A stretch of DNA of 64,000 nucleotides from Selaginella moellendorffii (Eukaryota > Plantae > Lycopodiophyta): positions 3,978,021 through 4,042,020 of the forward strand of contig NW_003314262.1 of assembly GCF_000143415.4 (NCBI RefSeq), written 5' to 3'. Positions 27,241 through 38,989 of the stretch are shown piece after piece (the first letter of the stretch is position 1; the number at the start of each line of letters is the position of its first letter). Both the position numbers and the translations under genes were made by a program. Below the pieces are notes generated by a model, which saw only the letters and a program-made list of their open reading frames with translations, was not told where the DNA came from and ran no database searches.

Positions 27241-27615
27241 CCCAGTGGGAGCCAAATTAATGTCTCAAGTGGTCGGATATACATTCCAACCACTATCTCT
27301 ACTATACATTTGGAACCCCCATAGCCCCTGCCCCCCCTTGAGGAACACAGTATGCCAAAATTGTGCCAAACACCGTCTGACACCATTTTGCGTGTAGGTG
27401 TTGGATATGGAGAGTTGGTGCTTGTGGGATTGTACTAGACCCTTATTTTGTAGTGCAATAGGCTTGAAGTTCAACTCTAAATTCAAGTGTACTACAACAA
27501 CCTTTTAATGGACAAAGCTACAATACAAGTACTAACATCTCTATCACAAATAATTAAGTTGGATATCACTATCTTTATGTAAGCTCATGAGTTTGGACTT
27601 CCCGGGTGATCTTTA

Positions 27616-28209
27616 TGTAAGCTCATGAGTTTGGACTTCCCGGGAGGTCACCCAGCCCAGTACTATTCAAATCCAAAGACGCTTAACTCCAACTATCCCA
27701 AGACTCTTAACCAATTGGAAAAGGGGGTGCACTCTTATTCATGGGCCTTTTCCCTCTATATTTGAACCCCATAGATCATCTCTTGAGTCATTCCCTTTGG
27801 TTGCTTACAATCCACCACACTTCCCTGCAAGTTCACGCCCTCATGAACGGAAGTTGAGAGCCATAGCTCTCCCGAGAGCCTCGCTCTCTTGACACCCTAC
27901 CCCTCGGGTCGAGCCCAGCGGGAGCAAACTGGACCAGCCAGATGTTAATCAATATGTGGTGTGATTCCCCTAGCCAACCAACAGAGTCGGACCCGAGACC
28001 CCTCTGATACCAAATGTAAGCTCCTGAGTTTGGACTTCCCGGGAGGTCACCCAACCCAATACTATTCAAACTCAAAGATGCTTAACCCCAAATATCCTAA
28101 GACCCTTAACCAATTGGAAAAGGGGGTGCACTCTTATTCATGGGCCCTTTCCCTCTATATTTGAACCCCAATAGATAATTTCTCGAGTCATTCCCTTTGG
28201 TTGCTTACA
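27616..28209 (-). mobile_element. Cassandra TRIM (LTRs 27616-27809 and 28015-28209); left inversion breakpoint
   Basis: Two ~195-bp 5S-bearing LTRs, tRNA-iMet PBS (ctctgatacca at 28002-28012) and PPT. The flanks cttta/ctcgc do not match each other. Confidence 0.95.
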
Positions 28210-29693
28210 CTCGCGTAGACATGGCTGATATGGTAGGCAGGATCATCGCGAAAATGATCGTCAATACACTTCATCCAAGCTCCATATCGGTGGTTACCGT
28301 CAATAATTTGGAATATTGTCCCTGCAAGCTGTCGAGTCTCAGGATGTCTGATAAGCATGTCATCAAATTCTAGGGACTTCCTCCTCCAAATAGGATCCCA
28401 GCTATTCACAATCTCGGGTGTGACAGTAATGATCTCCGTTGTTCCTGGCTTGCAAAAAGAGACTAGAAATGTACTGATATTTGTTGCAAGGCCATTCTGT
28501 TTGAACAAGCTATATATATCCAGGTTGACATACTTGGATGCTGTGCAGACAAGGTTCGTTTGCTGCAAACGGCAAAGGAGGATTTCTCTGATCAAGTCAC
28601 AAAGGCTTGGCCACTTGAGCGCCTTAAGTGTTTGATAAACTACTTTTTCCCTTGTCCGCATAACAGTCTCTTGGAAGCGCTTGTCCACCACGTTGTCAGG
28701 AAGGTTTGCAACTCTTTCAGCTCCAGGCTGTTCCTCAGGTTCCCTATCGTGAACAACACTAGATTGCCCAACTTCAAGGATTTGTGTTGGTGGTGGTGGT
28801 GGTGGTGGCGGGGGCAGAGGCAATAGTGGCAGTGGTGGTGGCAATGATGGTGGTGGTGGTGGTGGCGGCAGGGGCAGAGGCAATAGTGGCAGTGGTGGTG
28901 GCAATGGTGGTGGTGGTGGTGGCGATGGAGGTGGTGGAGGTGGTGATGGAGGTGGTGGAGGTGGCAATGGCGGTGGTGGAGGTGGTGATGGTGGAGGTGA
29001 TGGTGGTGGAGGTGGTGAATCTCTAACTAAATGTGTCTTTGTTGTGCCAATGGACATGTCGATTGTGATGTCGTCGTCAGTGCCAAATTGAGCTTCTTGT
29101 GTCTTCTTGGCTCCAACAACCTTTTTATGTGTTACAATTTTCCTTTTCTGCAAGAGAAAAAATTTTGTTAGTCAAACTAAATAAAGATAATGAGAAATTT
29201 AAACAGTTAAAGAGAAAAAAAATCAAGTGGGCCTAGACTCCACCTCGGGCACTTTGGTTGCCCAGGCAGCCACCAAAGTGCCTGAGGTGGCTGGCCCGAG
29301 CTCGACCTCGAGCACTTTAGGGGCCGGAGGGACCAAGGTTATTTGAATAACCTCGGCCCCCTGGGCAACCAAAGTGCCCGAGGTGGCCGGCCCAAGCTCG
29401 ACCTCGGGCAGTTTTGCTCGCCAAGGGGCCAAGGTTATTTGAATAACCTTGGCCCCTCAGCCAGCAAAACTGCCCGAGGTGGCCGGCCCGAGCTCGATCT
29501 CGGGCAGTTTTGCTCGCCGAGGGGCCGAGGTTATTTGAATAACCTCGACCCCTCGGTAAGAAAAACTGCCCGAGGTGGCCGGCCCGAGCTCGACCTCAGC
29601 CAGCAAAGAAGCAATCAAGAAAAAGAAAGGGAAGCAATGGAATCAAAAAATGGAAGTGGAAGTAATCAAATCAAAACTCACCTTTGGTGGCAT
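28210..29693 (-). pseudogene. 5' half of ParB-like / DNA methyltransferase-like gene 1 (NLS, poly-Pro tract, ParB/Srx-like domain)
   Basis: Exon 1 is 29693-29682 (ATG CCA CCA AAG|gtgagt) and exon 2 starts at 29147, giving MPPKKRKIVT. FQIIDGNHRYGAW is the ParB/Srx GxHR-type motif. Cut at the Cassandra insertion. Confidence 0.75.
29230..29600. repeat. Tandem array of ~96-bp hairpin-forming units in intron 1
   Basis: Core ccRaggttatt-tg-aataacctYgR at ~29333, ~29429 and ~29525, with extended arms acctcgggcagttttgct/agcaaaactgcccgaggt. Confidence 0.9.
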
Positions 29694-30863
29694 CTTTCCT
29701 CTTTGGATTTCTTGATCATGCTAGATTTCTTTTGCGCTCAATCTCTCCCGCTCGCGCACTCAATCTCTCCTGCTCACACACTCAATCTCTCCGGCTCGCA
29801 CGCTCAAACTCTCCCACCCGCGTGCTCAATCTCTCCCGCTCGCATGCTCAAACTCTCCCGCTCGCGCGCTCAATCTCTCCCGCTCATGCTCTCAATCTCT
29901 CAATCTCTTGTGTGCTCAATTGCTCGATCTCCTTTGCGCTCAATCTCTCGATCTCTTGCATGCTCCACTCACGATGCGAACAGTAACCTAATCTTGGCAG
30001 CTACCCTAACCCTAATCCTGATGGCTGCCCTAACCCTAACCAATCTCTAATCCTGGCCGTTCATTCCGAATAACCTAAATCTCAACCATCACAATATCTT
30101 TGATCTTATTTTATCTTATCATTATTATTATATGTAAATTATGCTTCTTTATTTTGTATATTTTAATGATGGTATAACTAGCACCTATCAACATTTCTGT
30201 TATTAGAAATATGATATTATATTTTACAAATTATCTAGAAAGGATGCATTCTCATCAATATTTTGTACATATTTTGGAATCGTTACAAGAACTTCAAAGA
30301 GTATAAATAAGGCACGTTAAAATATGTTGTACTATATCCATCTATGAATGGATGAATCCTCATCCAGAAATTTATTTTGTGTTGTATTAGATCCTAAACA
30401 ATAGGCACGTGCTTTAAATGTCATTGAGCAATGTTCACAATTATGGATAAAACTTGAGTTGTACTACAAATCAAATCTGTCATTGAAGAATAAGATTTGA
30501 CAAAATTTATTATCATCTACCACTTAAAATTTGACAACTTGACATATCACACGTGCTGATAGTTAGATTAGATCTCTTGGTTTGACACATTATAGTAGAA
30601 TGTCATTACTGGTATCATTATTAACTATCAAACTTCACGTGCTGAAAATCTTTCCTTGGATCTATATGTATACATGCATCAGACATCATAATAGATGAAA
30701 ATAATATTAATACTGTCACACTTACACATGTTAAATTTGCTATAGAATTTAAATTCATTTTGTACGTTATCTTCTTATTACTCTATTTAAATTTCAATTA
30801 TGTTTCACTATAGATTTTTACAAGTAGTATAAAGAGAGAGAACTCCAAAACTTATTGAGAAGG

Positions 30864-33800
30864 ATGGAGAGGTTTCTTCTTCATTTTCAAAATCACCCAC
30901 CTCTTTCATTCTCTTAGAGTATTGTTTTTGAAAGTTTTTTATGTCAGCGTTTTGATCTTCATCTTGGCTCTATTTCTTTAGAGGCTCCGCAACAACACCG
31001 GTATAGTTGCATACTCAAAGTTTCTTCTTTCTGGTGTGGGCGAGGGTGGACAACAATGGGATTTACAAAATTCCAAGTCAAAGGAGATTCGAGTGTTCGG
31101 ATCTCCAGTCAAAATGCCAAAATGCACTCCATCCAAAGTGAATGTGAAGGAAGAGTCAGTCGTTATCCTCTCGTCCTCTTCTAGTTCAAGCGGAGATGTC
31201 ATGCTAGTGTCAGCACCAAATTCACTAGCTCCAGCTCCAGCTCCAGCTCCAACTTCAGCAATATTCAAAGTCGCTAGCAATGCTTTCCAGTTTTCACGCC
31301 TCTCAATCGACGTGCACTTGTTTTTGTATAGGCTTGTGAGTGAGCTTCCATCCTCCTACAATGGCAACATTTTCTTCGAGCTACCACCTCTTGTCAGCAG
31401 CACAGGTTCCAAATGGAAGGGGATGGAAACCAAGTAGGATCTCCACAATTGGTGCAAGATCAAGACCATACACTTCCAACATTTTGAAGGCACAGTGTTT
31501 ATAGTTCATTATGGCGGGCATTTAGATTGTGTGGATGAAGCATGTAATCAAGACCGCTCTAGAAACTCTATATTTTTTCAAAGGGTCTATAGTCAATCCT
31601 TCAGCCTGTGACACCATTGCTATTGAATTCAAATGTTGATTCTGCAAAAATGCTCCTCTATGTCGTGCTATCGAGGCCAAGATGTACTACTTTCTTCCAC
31701 GGGATGGAGTGGCTAGAAGAGCTACAGTGCATATTAGCACACATATGCATCCAATGCAGGAAGGGATACAAAGGAGTTCTCTCAACCGTTTCAAAGATGC
31801 TGTACAGGAAGAGACTATGAGAAACTCATCTGCAACTCTGAAGCACGTTCAGAAGACCGTCCTCAAGGATTTTATCGCAAATACCTTACTCAATCTAGGT
31901 TGTTAAAAGACTCAACTAAACGAGGCTAGCTTGCGGGACTTACTACGAAGAATACAACCTGCTACTAGCTTAAGGAGGTACATCCGTTATTTTTCATAGG
32001 TTATAATAATAATTTTTTCTTACATTATATTGTTTAGGATAAAATCTTGGATGTGTGAATCTCAAGAGGGGAAGTTGCAATCAAAATTGACTCCATCCTT
32101 GAATTGAAACGGACCTGTCTATACGAGTTCATCCACGGAAGTTTGTTTCCAGACCAAGTTGTGAATGAGCAAGACCGCCCCTTTGTCTTCAAAATGTCTA
32201 CCATGGGCCCTACCTCTGGCGTAGATCTTGTCTCCCGAATGGACATGTTTGGGTCCAGTGACCTTGCAAATGCATGGGTACATTTTGACCATATAGAGCG
32301 TGTATCCGGTTGGACAACCATGGGAACTCATGTGTATGATCCAAGGTAATTTTTATTCTCATTATATTGAAATTGTTATAATATTTATGTTTTTATAGGC
32401 TATGTTGTAACTTAACAATTGCGATAGTAGAGTTTAAAGTACAAGACCAGACAACACAGGAAATATTTTGGAAGTCCCTCTCTGATATTGTCCTAAAGCG
32501 GACTGATAAGCCTGCAAACGTTTGTGGTTTCATGGTAGATGGGGCTGGTGCAAATTGGAATGGTATCCGAGTAGTTTTTGGGAATGGTTAACCATTGGAA
32601 GGTCATGAGAGGACTTGTGAGTTCCATTGGGCTCAAAGCCTAAACCAGCACTGCCACCTTATCAAGCCAAAGTTTTAATCAATATTTAAGGAGTTGTGCA
32701 AACAATGGTAGGTTGCACCTTCTGAAGAAGAGCATGAGGCAAAAGCAAATGAGATCCGAATGTGGTGGCATGAAGATGGCCATACAAACATAAGTTGCCT
32801 ACCACAACTCAAGTCATGGTTAGGATGGTGGGAAGTTAGGATGTTCCAATGGGGACATCACTCTTTTCAGGTTGGTTTATATTTTTTCTTCTCCTTTTAT
32901 TACCTTTTAATATTGCCTTTTCCATTAGGATCAACCACTTGAGGACCTTGCATACACCCCAACTATGAATCTCTCCGAAAGTAAGCATTGGAGTTGGCGT
33001 TCCTCTGAGGCAGGGAAAGGGAAGATGAGTCTATACAAAGCCTGTCTATCAGATTTGATACGTGTTATAGAGCAATCTTCAAAAGCACTGGCATTCAAGG
33101 AAGGAAGATACATGGGAACAGGGCCTTCTGTTGAGATGTTACATGATAGGATGAAGAGAAAATTAACTCCACCCGCCCGAACAGTGACAACTGTAGTTGA
33201 GGAAGTGGTCCATGGCACATCTATGGAGTACACTCCCCGAGCTTCTATTGGTGATATGAAGACTATCCGCTCAAAGCGTCGTTTTTCCTTTGCTAGGGAA
33301 GATGTTGGTACGGACCTTGGAGCCAAAAGCTCTCACATGCCTAATGTCAAGTACCATTCTACTCCAAGACACCACTCTCGGACCGAACCACCTCAAGTGG
33401 CTGATGAAGAGAGTGCATCGCAACAAGTTGAAATTGCTTACCGTAGCATGGAGCTGAAGCAATGGGCAATCCGACGCGTGCCAGCAAAATCGAATGTAAG
33501 GTGTGTGGGGATGCTTCCGAGGGGCAATTGTTGGGCCTGGATTCGTGGTGAAAAATCTGCTTCTGTTCCAGCCCCATGTTTCTATGGGGAACGAAAGCAA
33601 GTAGGATTTTCAAGATGGTGCTGGCTATATTATTGCAATACCGACACCAACCATACAAAGCGGCTTGAAGACACTATAGTCACTAAACCTGATGCAGTAC
33701 TTAAAGAATGGCCAGTTGCTAATGGGGTCACACTCACCTCAGATGAGATTGAAAACCTTGAGAAATCTGGTTTTAATCTTGAGAGGAGAGTTGGAGACAT

Positions 33801-34206
33801 GAGTGACAGGAGCAAGACTATTCCTATAGAGATGCATAGGAGGCCAGCACAAAAAGATAAGGCAGTTAAATTTATTGGTACCGTCTACAAGCAGAAGCAA
33901 GGTAAAATAAACTTGGCTCAAACACTTGAGTGTAAAATTCTCTCCACGAAGTACATCACTGCGCTTGCAAAGGAGTACACAGTCAAAACAGAAGGTGGAG
34001 AATACACAATTGCCATTCACGACTTTCCTTCTTGCACATGTCCAGACTTTATGAAGCGCGAGGAACATGGGAAGGCATATGCTCTTTACAATCATATGTA
34101 CTACATCTTCATCAACATCTTGCACCAGGATCCTAAAGTGGATATTCATATACACCAAGCAAATTTTACTATTGCTGAGTTGCAGAAAACTTTTGGAGCT
34201 AATTAG
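30864..34206 (+). pseudogene. Mutator-like (MULE) DDE transposase with C-terminal SWIM finger, multi-exon, copy 2
   Basis: WVHFDH (D1), FMVDGAGANW (D2, ~32530), TCEFHW (CxxH motif), TMNLSESKH (E), CTCPDF...H SWIM finger. Short GT-AG introns. Nonsense codons in the 5' half; last exon open (32965-34206). Confidence 0.78.
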
Positions 34207-34333
34207 ATTTCTCCAACACTATCGATGTTTATTCTCCATCAATAAAACTTATTATACTTTATATAATTAATAAAAAAGTGCTTTTTCATTTCACTTTTCA
34301 TTTTATATGCTTCCGAGTGTTCTTCTCGCAATA

Positions 34334-34750
34334 CTACCCATAATACTCATGTGTCTCCATTTTTGTCTTTACCATCTCAAAAAAGATTTCATGGTAGTCT
34401 TTCGAATGCGTGATGTTGTAGTGTGTCACAAGAACATATATACCATCATACTGATCATTGCCATTGTTTCCACCAGACGCTAGAAAACATATGGGGCACT
34501 TCTTGAAAGTGGTAAAATTGCACTTTTCTAAAACAAGTAAGAGGGCATTCTTTTTCACCCAATTTGTTGCACCCTTTGTCATTGCATTTATCTCCAACTC
34601 ATGATCACTATCCTCACTATCCTCTCTTTCATTCTCTTGTGTGATTTGGTTATGCTGTGCAATGGGATAGTTATTGCATCTCCTAGCCCTTGAACCCTGG
34701 GAAGAAAGATTGTGAGAGTTAAAATTACCAACACTAGAACTCATAGACAT
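34334..34750 (-). CDS. Small putative C2H2-type zinc-finger protein (138 aa), convergent with the MULE transposase
   Basis: ATG-initiated ORF with KCPICF...VTHYNITH. Conserved beside copy 1 at 5063-5207. Confidence 0.55.
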   Translation of the reverse strand: MSMSSSVGNFNSHNLSSQGSRARRCNNYPIAQHNQITQENEREDSEDSDHELEINAMTKGATNWVKKNALLLVLEKCNFTTFKKCPICFLASGGNNGNDQYDGIYVLVTHYNITHSKDYHEIFFEMVKTKMETHEYYG

Positions 34751-36749
34751 TTGTGGGTGTATTTCCCTTTTTTCGAATGAGAGTGTGAATAAAGATCTAT
34801 AAGTTCTAGACAGTATGTTATAACAAACCCCTCAAGAATGTATTTTACAAAGAACCAAGTCTTTCTTTTATATGCAATAAACTTATATCAACAGTTATTT
34901 TTTTTCCTTTCAAACGGTTATATGGCTTTACATAGAATCTTATTTTAAATTTAACAATTTTTTAATTCTGACAAACCTAACATTTACTAACCAGAAAGCA
35001 TAGAGTACAAATTTAAAGAAGTGACAAGAATACTCTTTTTGCAAATATTTTATTTTATGTTCTAACAAATGTCCCAATCATTGCATGTAGTAAATATTTA
35101 AATTATTAGAACAAAAAGTGTTCTTTAGAACATTTTTATCTATATAATATATAGAGAGTTATTAAATTATTAGGTTTGCCATAACCTTAAAATTTTAAAA
35201 TTTATAATGTTTGTACTAAATTACAATTGAAAATTGAGCTCAACTTGTGAGCTCAACTCTTCAACTCGTGAGCTCAAGTATGGTCCGCGCCCGATCATAG
35301 GTTAGGTGATTGAGAGATCTAGAAGTGTGTGATGAGGAAAAAAAATTAGTGAGGGCATTCTTGAAACTCTGAAGAGAAACTTGGCAAGCTATAGAGTTCT
35401 TGAGACAAGTAGGATCAATGCAGCCTTGATCTAGAAATCTAATTTATGTTTGATGCTTGAAAGAAAAAAGAAAGAAAATGGTGAAAGAATACAAAAATAA
35501 AGAAAGTGAAGAGAGAGAGGAGAAGTTGTCGTGTGAATGGCTTGAGATTGAGGGAGCTCATTGCCATTTTCAACACAAAAATTGTAAGAGTTGCCACTGT
35601 GATATTTCGTGATGATGGACTTGACCACTTCTAGTGTGAAATTGAAAAGGAAAATGAGCTAGTTTGGAAAAAGTGAGATGATATTGCTGTGTGTTTTTTG
35701 TGGAAGAGCTTGAGCTATTGCTTTTAGACATAGAGATTCTTTAGAGTGTGAAGTCAATCTTTAATATCCAAAGCTTAAAGTTCCAATCACAAGCTTAAAT
35801 TTTGTGTTCCTTATTGAGATGTAAAGCCACAGCATAGCAAAGTGGTATTTGTGTGTGGAATGCTATAAGAAGATGCTTATGCCATCATTGTGGGTGGTTG
35901 ACCATAAGTTTGCTGAGAATTATGTGAATGATTCTGTTGCTAGATTTGGCCTAATTGTTCGTATGGGGGTAATAATTGTTACTGAAGGTATGGCAGATGT
36001 GGTGTATAACTGCTCTAAAGGAAATTGCCACCTCAGTCTGAGACTATTGTAGTTGGAACTCTAAATCTCCAAATGATGAAGTCATAGATAAACTTGGATG
36101 CTTTAATTTGCAACTTGAAATATAATCTCCACATTAGGTAAAATAATCAATTGTCACTAACAAGTAACAATGTCTATGTGAAGAAAGTGGTGACATCGGG
36201 CTAATAAAATCTAAGACCTACATGAAGAAAGGTCTAGATGAGATGACAAACTGGAACATGAGCTTAGGTGTATTGTTGGCTAAGTTGAGAGTTATGATCC
36301 ACCTTTACAACCACAACATCTCAAAACTAAAGATTGTTCTCATGCCAATTCCTTGATATAGAATTGTCTAAGTTGTCATGATATTGCTAAAGTGTCTGTC
36401 ATAAGAATAGCAAGAGGAGTATATTTGGAATCTTTATATCTACTACACACTGCCTCACTTTATCCATTAATAGAGAGTTTTGTCAATCAAGCAGTAATCT
36501 TAAGCTTGATTGCTAATATGCATTGCTAGTCCAATGAAAAATTGTCAAGAGCCTAGTCTCCAAGTACTTGGCAATATGGTAAGAACTAGATGAGTGACTA
36601 TGGAACTCATAACCAAAGCCTAGCTTAGATCATGTATACAACATTGCTTGTGAACAAACTTTGGTTAGAACTCTTGGATGAAGATTATTCCAGCAAATAT
36701 TTCTATAAAAGTCATTGCATGAGAAATGTTAACATGCTAGTTAGTTTTA

Positions 36750-37110
36750 GAAATGTAATGTATGTAATCATGGTATTATCACCGTAAATCCTTAGAACCT
36801 TGAAGGATAATTGGGGATAAAATAACCATTAAAGGCTCTTTCATCAAGCAATTACTTTTTTTTCCAACTGGCTTAAGGAAAGAGATAAGATACATTACAA
36901 CAAAACATATAAAAAATGCTTTAAAAGTATATATAATTGTAATTGTAACACATGTGATCATTTAAATGAGATTTGGACTGTAGATCTTGGAACTAAATAG
37001 GGATAAAATAGTTAATAAATGTTTTTCTATTAAGCAATTACCCCCTTTCTAGAGTTTAAGGGGAAAGAAATATATGGTATTTAAATTGATTAGTGGTTAT
37101 TTAAAATATA
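36750..37110 (+). mobile_element. Decayed TRIM family W remnants
   Basis: Two degenerate W-LTR copies (ggggataaaata...tcatcaagcaatt), followed by tggtat and attgattagtgg as in 44183-44856. Confidence 0.55.
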
Positions 37111-38989
37111 ATTAGCTGGGATCCATTAGGAGAAGTATAAATATATTGGGCACATTCAATTTTCAAGTATTGTAGTATCAAATATTAATTTAAATAATCA
37201 GTTGAAAGTTATAATTGTACTCTAGAAAGCAAGATGTATTAATAATCAAGGCTAGCTTCGTTTATCTTGTCTAAGACATAGTTGAAATGAAAGAAAATGC
37301 CTATATAGAAAGTTCTATGAGATTCTAAAATCACCATACTAGAGATGGAGCATAAAAAATCTATAATCAAAATTACAATATCTACTTGAAAGCTTGATAT
37401 TGAGGGAGGTTTTAGGTGTTCTAGAATAAACCACCATTGGTTTTAGATCAAAGGACTAGGATAAAAAATAGGAGTATTCAAAGTTGGCTTTATCTTCTAG
37501 ATTTCTTGTTTGATTTTTGAACAAAAATACAAAAGTGATGATAATATAGTCAAGATGCAATCACTATAGATTGAACTAGGAAAGAAGAAATCCATTGCTT
37601 AGGGTGTCAATGAGAGAGAAAAATCTAAAATTGAATAGAAGGTATTGAAGATTAGAGAAGAACTTAAAGACATAAAGGGAACAAGCTTTTCTTTAGAGAA
37701 AAAATAGCTAGCTATAAAAAAAATAGATGGATGTCAAGTGTGCAAAAGTTAAAGTTGAGATGGTAAATGCAATTATTATAGCGTGAGGCTGGGCAAGGAA
37801 CAAGATACCCAATTATTATTGCAAATGTGACTCTAGGTATCGAAAGTTATATGTCGATAAGTCTTTTCAGATGTTCTTTCTTTACTACCACGATGGCAGG
37901 AGGTCAGTATTGTTAAACCCTTTATCAATCCCTTTTGTGCTAGTGGACTTAATTAGGCATTTTAAATGTATTTAGACTGGACAAGTATAAGGATAGAATT
38001 CCTATGTATTATTAGCTAAACATATTTAACTCAATAAGGAGTTCCTATCTTGTTATATCTTGCATTAACTAATGACAAAAACCTATATATTGAGATTAAT
38101 CCCTCAATATTGTTGGATAATAGATTACTGTGTTTACTAAACACTTTCACTATCATGCCCCATATATTGGTCCCACTAGTCTTAATGGCTATTTATGAAG
38201 GTGTTTAAATTTGTTAGTTAGGCATATCTATAAAATATAAAGATTGTTTTGTTCCTACATCCAAATTTACGACTTAACACCATTTCATATTTAGTAAGTT
38301 TTCATGATTGTCCTAGAGATTAACTCTTGGGACTGGGGTGAAAGCCCAAAGCATGCATTCCTTAAAAAGGGATTGTAGGGGGTTCCAAATGTATAATAGA
38401 GATAATGGGTAGGTTTTGCATGGTCAATTAACTTGAGATATAATCTATCTCTTAGTTGTATGCCTATCTTTGTTCAACGTCCGACTTGAGTCTAAACCCA
38501 AGTTCCATACCATACTAGTTGGTGGAGTACTCATTATCAGGAATCCCCCAATTCTTGCCACATTTTTTACTCTCGCCGGATTCCTGACCCACAGACCATA
38601 TTCCTGAGTCTCGAGACACTTCCCTATTCCCGACTCTCTGATTTCCCATACGATTCCTGAGTCTCGAACCACATTCCTGATAATGACGTGGCACCTCCTC
38701 GACCTCAGCTATATTTAGGCCGTCCTCGATCCAAGAGTGGTGGAGCTTCATCAACCTATAGTATATATAGGTTAGCCTTGTTCCATTTCTCCACAATCTG
38801 AATCAACGCCAGTCTAAGGCCTCTTCCTCGTTTCCACTAGCTTTTCTTTTTATCTCCTACATTTTCTAGTCTTGATCTTGTTGGGGGTCTTGATAGTTTG
38901 ATTCAGATTGTGCTTTTTGCTTTTGCTTTAGCTCATTTTGATTGTTTGACTGCCTTTGCCTTTTTTCCCCCTTTTCTTTCTTCTTTGCC

